Source: an uncultured Chloroflexia bacterium (lineage in GTDB: Bacteria; Chloroflexota; Limnocylindria; Limnocylindrales; CSP1-4). Taken from it: a DNA stretch of 64,000 nt. This document shows positions 57,715-64,000 of this stretch, piece by piece. The stretch spans positions 2,432,001 to 2,496,000 of the forward strand of contig CAWHDR010000001.1 in assembly GCA_963828165.1 (NCBI GenBank), given 5' to 3'. The notes beneath the pieces were generated by a model that did not search any database, was not told where the DNA came from, and saw only the letters and a list, made by a program, of their open reading frames with translations. How positions within the stretch are numbered: the first letter of the stretch is position 1; each line of letters opens with the position of its first letter. Made by a program: the position numbers and the translations under genes.

Positions 57715-57825
57715 ATCGCTTGGTTCTCGAGCGAATCTATTCGTTTCAGAGTCGCACAGTATCGATTGGATTGCAAGCGATAGCGGTGCGACTGAGTCGC
57801 CCGGTCGGATGCCGGCTGCCTCGGA

Positions 57826-57893
57826 AGTTTGTGCCACAAACTAGTTGACAGATGTGGCACGACCCGGTATGGTTTGCCTCGTCAACTAGTTTG
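57826..57893 (+). promoter_or_regulatory. sigma70 promoter with flanking palindromic operators
   Basis: TTGACA(57845)-N17-TATGGT(57868); AGTTTGTG-C-CACAAACT palindrome; 13-bp inverted repeat CAAACTAGTTGAC / GTCAACTAGTTTG. Confidence 0.65.
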
Positions 57894-57909
57894 GAGCAAA
57901 GGGAACACC

Positions 57910-58515
57910 ATGGAACGCCGACAGCTCGAGGCCGCGGCCGCCAACTATCCATACCTGCAGGGTCTGTGGGCCATCCCACTCGGGATCGGGATGATCCTCG
58001 CCGGCATCTCGAACCTGCAAAACCGACCGACCGGGCCGCTGATGCTCCCCATCATCATCAGCGGGCTGGCGATCGCGGCAGGAGTGGCGCTGTTGATCGG
58101 CCGCTACTACCGCGACCGCTACGGCTCGGTCACGCCGACCCGCGACCGAACCATTCGCCAGGCCCTGGCGATCGGCACCTGGATCGCGATCCTCTTCGTC
58201 GGCGCCAACGACGCGCTCCTCTGGTCACCAGACGGACCGCAATGCATCTACGCCTCCGCGTTCGCGCTGGGGATCCTGGCCTACTACGCGATCCTCGTCG
58301 GTCTGCGCGCCCACCACGTGATCATCTGGGGCGCCGTCTTCGTCGCCGGCCTGCTTCCGATCTGGGGCGGCCTCGGCGCCGACCGGGACCCGCTGGCGAT
58401 GATCCCGCTGGGCCTCTTGCTGATGGTCTCCGGCGTGCTGGACCAACGGCTGCTGGCCCGATCGTTCCGACCGTCCGGCAGCGAGCAGCTCGAGAGCAGT
58501 CGTGTCGGAGGGTAA
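57910..58515 (+). CDS. multi-pass membrane protein
   Basis: About six hydrophobic segments; overlaps the downstream regulator. Confidence 0.75.
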   Translation: MERRQLEAAAANYPYLQGLWAIPLGIGMILAGISNLQNRPTGPLMLPIIISGLAIAAGVALLIGRYYRDRYGSVTPTRDRTIRQALAIGTWIAILFVGANDALLWSPDGPQCIYASAFALGILAYYAILVGLRAHHVIIWGAVFVAGLLPIWGGLGADRDPLAMIPLGLLLMVSGVLDQRLLARSFRPSGSEQLESSRVGG

Positions 58516-58819
58516 CGAGGTCGTCCTGGACCGGCTCATCCACGAGCCGGCCAGGCTGGCGATCCTGACGATGCTGTCGTCGGTCGCAGCGGCCGATTTC
58601 GTGTTCCTGCAGCGTTCGACCGGGCTGACCCAGGGCAACCTCTCGAGCCACCTCACGAAATTGGAGGAGGCCGGTCTGGTCCGGATCGAGAAGTCGTTCG
58701 TGGGCAAGCGCCCGAATACCAACGTCGCGCTCACCTCGACCGGCAAGAAGCGGATCGCGGCCCACTGGGACCAGCTGGACCAGCTGAAACGACGCGCGGG
58801 AGCTTCGAGCGGGGCGTAG
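58502..58819 (+). CDS. winged-helix transcriptional regulator (ArsR/MarR-like, HTH_34)
   Basis: LDRLIHEPARLAIL, LTQGNLSSHLTKLEEAG, KRPNT. Confidence 0.88.
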   Translation: MSEGNEVVLDRLIHEPARLAILTMLSSVAAADFVFLQRSTGLTQGNLSSHLTKLEEAGLVRIEKSFVGKRPNTNVALTSTGKKRIAAHWDQLDQLKRRAGASSGA

Positions 58820-58841
58820 CGCCGCCTGTACCATCGCGCTC

Positions 58842-59477
58842 GTGCAGAGGAACCGGATCCTGACCGTCATACGGACCGTCTCGCTGGTCCTCGTGGTGGC
58901 GGCGATCGTCGCGCAGGCGATCGAGCTCGCGAACCACGGCCTTCTCGATCCGACCAGGTTCTTCGCGTACTTCACGATCCAGAGCAATCTCATCGGTGTC
59001 GTCGCGTTCGCTTGGCTGGTCCTGGGGCGGGGCGCGGCCCGGTCGCGCGGGCTCGAGCTCCTTCGCGGCGCCGCAGCCGTCTACCTGACGGTCACGTTCT
59101 TCGTGGTCATCTTCCTGTTGTCGGGCATCGACGTAGGGCTGCAGCTCGGCTGGGTCGATTTCGTGCTCCACAAGCTCTTCCCGGTCGTCGTCGTGCTGGA
59201 CTGGATCGTGGATCCGCCGACCGTGCGCCTGTCCCCGCGAGATGCGATCACGTGGCTCGTGTACCCGCTCATCTGGACCGGGTTGACGCTGGTTCGCGGG
59301 GCGGCTGACGGCTGGTATCCGTACCCGTTCCTCGATCCGGCCAACGGTGGCTACGGCCAGGTGGTCGTCACGGCCGTTGCGGTGACGATCGGGTTCTTCG
59401 TGATCTCGCTCGCCATGATCTGGGTCGGGAACGCTCGGAGGGGCCCCGACATCGATTCGAACGGCGTGGCACCCTGA
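58842..59477 (+). CDS. Pr6Pr-family membrane protein
   Basis: FFAYFTIQSNL, VLH, LDW, WYPYPFLDP. Confidence 0.8.
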   Translation: MQRNRILTVIRTVSLVLVVAAIVAQAIELANHGLLDPTRFFAYFTIQSNLIGVVAFAWLVLGRGAARSRGLELLRGAAAVYLTVTFFVVIFLLSGIDVGLQLGWVDFVLHKLFPVVVVLDWIVDPPTVRLSPRDAITWLVYPLIWTGLTLVRGAADGWYPYPFLDPANGGYGQVVVTAVAVTIGFFVISLAMIWVGNARRGPDIDSNGVAP

Positions 59478-59483
59478 ACCGCG

Positions 59484-60085
59484 ATGACCGACCACGATCA
59501 CGAGCATCACCACGAACATGTCCCCGTCGCGTACAAGGACGCGGTCGAGGGCTTCCGACTCGACAAGGACGAGTTCTTCAAGACGATGGCCGGCAGTCCG
59601 ATTCCCGAGGCCGAGCGCGCCGCCTTCGAAGGGCTGCCGTACTACCCGGTCGACGAGGCACTCGTCTTCGACGACGGGTTCTCGAGCCGTACACGGGGGA
59701 CGAGCCATCGAACTTCCAGATCCCGACCTCGGATGGGAAGCTCCGGCCGGCCCATCGGGCCGGGATCCTGCGCTTCGAGCTGGGTGGCGCACCGCGCCAG
59801 CTCACGGCCTACACCTTCGACGGCGGAGACGGCGAGTCGCTCTTCGTCCCGTTCCTCGACCAGACGAGCGGCAAGGAGACCTACGGCGCGGGCCGCTATC
59901 TCGACCTCGAGCCCGAGCTGGACGGCACGTACTCGCTCGACTTCAACCTCGCCTACCACCCGTCGTGCGTGTACGACGCGAAGTTCTCGTGCCCGCTGAC
60001 GCCAGCCGAGAACCGGCTGCCGGTCCGGATCGAGGCAGGGGAGCGCCTGGCGCCGGACGGCGGCGAGTCGGCGACTCGGGCCTAG
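59484..60085 (+). CDS. DUF1684 protein (frameshift near 59670)
   Basis: FEGLPYYP, then LFVPFLDQTSGKETYGAGRYL, LDFNLAYHPSC.Y..CPL.P.ENRL; His-rich N-terminus. Confidence 0.85.
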
Positions 60086-60651
60086 TCGGCGCGCGCGTAA
60101 TCCAGAAGCACGGCCCCCGACGGGAACGTCCGAGTCCCCGTCAGCCGCAGGTGGAGCGGCTCCTTGAGCGACCCGAACATCGACTTGCCCTGGCCGATCG
60201 CCATCGGGTGGATGAGGAACCGGTAGTCATCGATGAGGCCGGCGTCGCTGAGCGTCGCGAACAGGTCTGCGCCGCCGGCGACCGCGATCAGCGGGCCGTC
60301 GCCCGCCTTCATCGCGCGGACCGCCTCGACGACGTCACCCTCCACGAGCGTGGCGTTGGGCCGAAGGTCCGGCCGGCCGCGCGAGACCACGCGCTTGGGC
60401 GTCTCACGCCAGAAGATCGCGAACTCGCGCTCGACATCGGTCGTCGCCGGGTCGTCGATGTCGAGTTCGTCCCAGTAGTCCATCACGCCGTACATGACCC
60501 GGCCCATGACCTCGTCGCCGGTGTCGCGCATCAGTTCGTTGGCGAAGCGATGCACATCCTCGGCGGGTTCGAAGTCGGCGAGGCCGCCCTCGGGGTCGGC
60601 GTACATCCCATCGGCCGTCAGGTTGATGAAGAACACGACCCGCCGCGTCAT
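60082..60651 (-). CDS. dihydrofolate reductase/RibD C-terminal family protein
   Basis: MGRVMY, KRVVSR, GGADL, GLIDDY, PMAIGQG. Confidence 0.85.
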   Translation of the reverse strand: MTRRVVFFINLTADGMYADPEGGLADFEPAEDVHRFANELMRDTGDEVMGRVMYGVMDYWDELDIDDPATTDVEREFAIFWRETPKRVVSRGRPDLRPNATLVEGDVVEAVRAMKAGDGPLIAVAGGADLFATLSDAGLIDDYRFLIHPMAIGQGKSMFGSLKEPLHLRLTGTRTFPSGAVLLDYARAD

Positions 60652-61004
60652 GCGATACCCGCCTTCTTGTCGAGGACCTGGAGCAGGTCGTGGGCAGCGA
60701 GCTCGACCGCCTTATGGCGCCACTCGGCGGCGCGGAAGTGGCAGGCGATGATCCCGGATCGATGGACCCGCTTGAAGTCCCCGACCACGAACGCGTAGCG
60801 GCCCTTGGTCTCGTCGGTCGCCCCGTCGGTGAGGCCGACGTGCCACCCGGCGTAGTCGTCCCAGGAGTGCTTCGCAAGGTACGCGTTCTCGTCGTCGGCG
60901 CTTGGCTGGGACTCGCCCCAGTCGCTGTCGAGCACGTACTGGCGCGCTTCGATGAGCTTCTTGATGTTCGCGACGGCCTGCTTGTTTAGGGTGTAGCTAG
61001 CCAT
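60648..61004 (-). CDS. conserved hypothetical protein
   Basis: Protein-like composition, ATGA overlap with the next gene, GATAAT 6 nt before ATG. Confidence 0.75.
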   Translation of the reverse strand: MASYTLNKQAVANIKKLIEARQYVLDSDWGESQPSADDENAYLAKHSWDDYAGWHVGLTDGATDETKGRYAFVVGDFKRVHRSGIIACHFRAAEWRHKAVELAAHDLLQVLDKKAGIA

Positions 61005-61140
61005 GTGCCGATTATCGACGGTTGGAGAGTCCGGCATATCGTTGCGTTGCTCGGGAGCACAAACCGGACTTTGGTCCTACTCCTTCCGGGTCAGGACCCC
61101 CCGTACCATCCGGCCACGCACTCATGAAGGAGTCCGGGGA

Positions 61141-61629
61141 ATGAATAGAACCATCAGGGCCGCACTCGCGGCGCTCGCACTCACCGCCATCGCCGTCGCG
61201 CCGGCATTTGCCGCCAAGCCACTCGTCGAGACAAACGAAGAGAGCGGCACGTTTCTCATCCCGTGCGGGACCGTTACCCTGGTCGAGGAGTGGAGGCAGT
61301 CGGTCGTCCTGACGACCTGGCTCGACGGCACCGGCGACCCGACACGCGCTCATGCTCGCGTTCGGTTCGACGGGAAGATCACCGCACCCGGATCGACGCT
61401 TCGCCTGTCCGATGTCGGCCGGTTCACGAGCTTCATCGACTTCGGGCCTGACGGCGCGACCGAGCGCCAGGTCGGCCTCGTTTACAAGTTCAGTGCGCCG
61501 GGCCTCGGCGTCGTCGCCCACGACGTCGGCCAGATCACGTTCTTCCCGGATGGGTCGGTCGAGACCAAGGGACCGCACGACGTGTGGGACAACGGCCTCG
61601 AGGCGCTGATCTGCCCGCTCTTCGAGTAA
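61141..61629 (+). CDS. secreted hypothetical protein
   Basis: Signal peptide ending AFA; beta-rich body with a Cys pair. Confidence 0.7.
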   Translation: MNRTIRAALAALALTAIAVAPAFAAKPLVETNEESGTFLIPCGTVTLVEEWRQSVVLTTWLDGTGDPTRAHARVRFDGKITAPGSTLRLSDVGRFTSFIDFGPDGATERQVGLVYKFSAPGLGVVAHDVGQITFFPDGSVETKGPHDVWDNGLEALICPLFE

Positions 61630-61691
61630 CGATGCCGGCGGCGGCCACGGCGCGGTAAGCGGCGGTGGGCGGCGGCCCGCGGCGAGGCGGC

Positions 61692-63011
61692 TCAGTAGCC
61701 GACGGGCGCTTCGGGCCAGGGCTTCTGATACTCGACGCGGTCGAACTCCTCCTGCGCCGACGACAGCTCCTTGGCCCACCGCCCGATGATCGAGTCCGCG
61801 TCCTCGCAGTCCTCTCCGACCAGCCGCCGGTTCAGGCGCTCGAGGCTGTCGAGCGTGATGTCGACATGGCCGGCCTCGTGGTCACGGATGAACACGACGA
61901 TGTCGCGCCACCACGCGAGCAGCCGCTTGGGCACGCGTTTGGGTGCCACCCAGCGCGGCATGTGGACGGCGAACTTGCCCCGGACCGTCGCCTTCGAGAT
62001 CGTGCATTCCCCGCTGCTGACGCGCTGGTCGATGGCGTCCTCGATACCCGGGAACGCCGTGATCGTGCAGGCGGCCGGCCGGGCATCGCCCTCGTGCCAT
62101 TCGTAATTGATCGCGCCGCAGGACTGCACGCCGCCTTTCGCGAGGCTGGCGGCAAGCTCGGCGACCGTGTCGCCTTCGATCTCGAAGTAGACGACCTCGG
62201 CGCCGTTGACCTTGACGCTGATCGGTGGCAGGTTCGCGACGCCACCGGCCGTGTTCGGCGGAAGCTCGACGTCGGGCAGCGGATCGTCGCGCACGGCGAC
62301 CGCCTCGCGACGGCCGCTGAGCTCGTACGCCGCCGTTTGCGCGACGCAACCGGCAGCGGAACCGATCGAGGTCGGCGCGAGGTCCAGCTCCAGGGAGCCG
62401 CGCATCTCGGTCGTCTCGACCGCTGATCCTGAGGCCCGGACCGTCGACAGCCACAGGCGCATGACCGAGGTGACCCGTGCGCCACCACGGATGGCGTCCC
62501 CATCCTCGTCCAGACAGGGACCCTCGTTCTCCTCCTGGGCCGCCGACACGTAGCGGTTCCCATCGCGTTCGAGCGTAGCGATCGAGACCGGCTTGCTGCG
62601 ACCAAGCGGCGTCATCCGGACTTCGATCGACGAGCAGGGCTCGTCGTCACAATCGGGCGTGACGGTGTAGGCCTCCTCGTCGAAAGCCGCTCCCGGGACC
62701 AGCGCGGATCGATCGTCGAGTGACAGGATCTTGCGGATGCGCCAGACGCCGCCGACAGGGCCGAGCTCCGCGACGGGCTCGTCTGACGCGGACGGCGTCG
62801 GGGCGGTGCGCGGGGAAGCGGCGGCGGTCGGGCTGGGCGCGACGTTCGCGGTGGTCGGCGATGGGGTCGCGGAGGGTGCCGGGGCGCCCTGGCAGGCCAC
62901 GGCGATCACCAGGGTAAGCGCCAGGCCCATCTGGTACGTCGCCGCGCGGCGCGTCACCGATCGCCGGATGTTGGTCCGCGAGCCCGACCGGATGCCTCCA
63001 CCCCACAGCAT
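61692..63011 (-). CDS. exported protein with C-terminal DUF922-like Zn-peptidase motif
   Basis: Lipobox-like AVAC, Pro/Thr linker, MPRW, HEAGH, QEEFD. Confidence 0.65.
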   Translation of the reverse strand: MLWGGGIRSGSRTNIRRSVTRRAATYQMGLALTLVIAVACQGAPAPSATPSPTTANVAPSPTAAASPRTAPTPSASDEPVAELGPVGGVWRIRKILSLDDRSALVPGAAFDEEAYTVTPDCDDEPCSSIEVRMTPLGRSKPVSIATLERDGNRYVSAAQEENEGPCLDEDGDAIRGGARVTSVMRLWLSTVRASGSAVETTEMRGSLELDLAPTSIGSAAGCVAQTAAYELSGRREAVAVRDDPLPDVELPPNTAGGVANLPPISVKVNGAEVVYFEIEGDTVAELAASLAKGGVQSCGAINYEWHEGDARPAACTITAFPGIEDAIDQRVSSGECTISKATVRGKFAVHMPRWVAPKRVPKRLLAWWRDIVVFIRDHEAGHVDITLDSLERLNRRLVGEDCEDADSIIGRWAKELSSAQEEFDRVEYQKPWPEAPVGY

Positions 63012-63197
63012 CGACGCATCCTACGGCCGGTGCCGTCGACATGCAGCCATCGGCATGGGTGCTTCAGCGAGCGAATGGTGCGCAGGCGCAACGCCCAGCT
63101 ACCACCTCGGGCGTAGAATCACTGCGACTCCCGACCCGCCCACGAGTCGAGGCGCATCGCTTCCTCGGACGGGCCGAGCATGGCAGGAGGGCCGCTC

Positions 63198-63596
63198 ATG
63201 CAGGCATTTCTCGTGGAGTTGAGCAACAAGCCGGGTTCGCTCGCCGATGTGGCCGAAGCCCTCGCCGCGAAGGGCATCAACATCACGGCCGTCAGCGGCA
63301 CGGCATGCGGTGACGGTGGTCGCGCCGCGTTCATGACCAGCGACGAGGCCACGACCCGCGCCGCGCTCGATGCGACCGGGCAGAAGTACACGGTCATGGA
63401 CGCGACCGACACGGCCATGCGTCACGAGCCGGGCACCCTGGCCAAGGCCGCTCGGCGGCTGGCCGACGAAGGCATCAACATCGAGGCCATCCTGCCGATC
63501 GGCATGGAAGGCAACGAGGTCCACGTCGCCTTCGTGACCAGCGACGCGGCCAAGGCCCGTCAGGTCCTGACCAGCGCCGGGATGGCATCCCGCTAG
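63198..63596 (+). CDS. ACT domain protein (two ACT repeats)
   Basis: NKPGSLA...GINI and HEPGTLA...GINI; GGAGG RBS. Confidence 0.85.
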   Translation: MQAFLVELSNKPGSLADVAEALAAKGINITAVSGTACGDGGRAAFMTSDEATTRAALDATGQKYTVMDATDTAMRHEPGTLAKAARRLADEGINIEAILPIGMEGNEVHVAFVTSDAAKARQVLTSAGMASR

Positions 63597-63621
63597 CGAG
63601 GGCCCTTTTAGAGGCACTCGG

Positions 63622-63655
63622 TCGAAGGGCGGAGCTTGGGGGCTCCGCCCTTCGA
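63622..63655. terminator. hairpin between convergent genes
   Basis: 14-bp arms TCGAAGGGCGGAGC / GCTCCGCCCTTCGA. Confidence 0.65.
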
Positions 63656-63666
63656 TGTTCGGGTCG

Positions 63667-64000
63667 TTAGCGCTCGCCGGCCAGGTAGGCGTGCCAGAGC
63701 AGGCGCGCGGCGACGGCCCGCCAGGGCCGCCACGCCTCGGCGACCGCCGACTGCTCCGGTTCGGTCGGCAGAGCGGGCAGGCCCTTCGCTCGCCGCATCG
63801 CGCCCGCGAGGGCGAGGTCGCCGGTGGGCCAGATGTCGGGGCGGCGCAGGGCCATCAACAGGTAGATGTCGGCGCTCCACCGCCCGATGCCCACGACGCT
63901 CGTGAGCATCGCCCGCGCGTCGTCGTCATCCGCCGCGGCGACCGCATCAAGGTCGAGCCGGCCATCGAGCACGTCGCGTGCCAGCCCGACGAGATAGCGC
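63667..64000 (-). CDS. alkA: DNA-3-methyladenine glycosylase II family (HhH-GPD), C-terminal part
   Basis: GIGRWSADIYL, PDIWPTGDLAL, WRPWR..AARLLW. Confidence 0.8.
   Translation of the reverse strand, partial: RYLVGLARDVLDGRLDLDAVAAADDDDARAMLTSVVGIGRWSADIYLLMALRRPDIWPTGDLALAGAMRRAKGLPALPTEPEQSAVAEAWRPWRAVAARLLWHAYLAGER

Overview
GC-rich bacterial chromosomal DNA. Gene content and style suggest Chloroflexota (possibly Limnocylindria/Ellin6529); this taxonomy is inferred, not shown. Many otherwise intact genes carry 1-bp frameshifts, most likely long-read consensus errors. Layout: (i) 0-14 kb, S9 peptidase fragment, LuxR-type ATPase regulator, ppdK, Ser/Thr kinase, type II NADH dehydrogenase, Zn-ADH, malic enzyme, polysaccharide deacetylase. 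(ii) 14-28.6 kb, secreted proteases (giant S8 with malectin-like tail, M14, S1), cupredoxin/DUF2330, a two-component system and a beta-propeller protein. (iii) About 28.7-43.25 kb, a compositionally distinct anti-phage defence island. On + it runs Zn-finger, NERD/SF1 helicase, Zn-ribbon, UDG-superfamily glycosylase-like gene, hypothetical, then MORC ATPase/Z1/PD-(D/E)xK/AIPR (Mza-like, no MzaA). This converges on an HTH-dcm-EcoRII-like REase-vsr operon whose promoter lies under a perfect 14-bp palindrome, followed by BrnTA. (iv) 43-64 kb, TetR, RidA, GNAT, protease-MoxR-DUF58-VWA-VWA, VapBC, hydrolase/DinB, ECF sigma pair, ettA, Fic, membrane proteins, ACT protein and alkA. The best candidate for a new system is the apparently coupled NERD-helicase/Zn-ribbon/UDG-like module placed in front of the Mza-like genes. 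Leaderless-type promoters are pervasive. No rRNA, tRNA, CRISPR array or integrase/transposase was seen.
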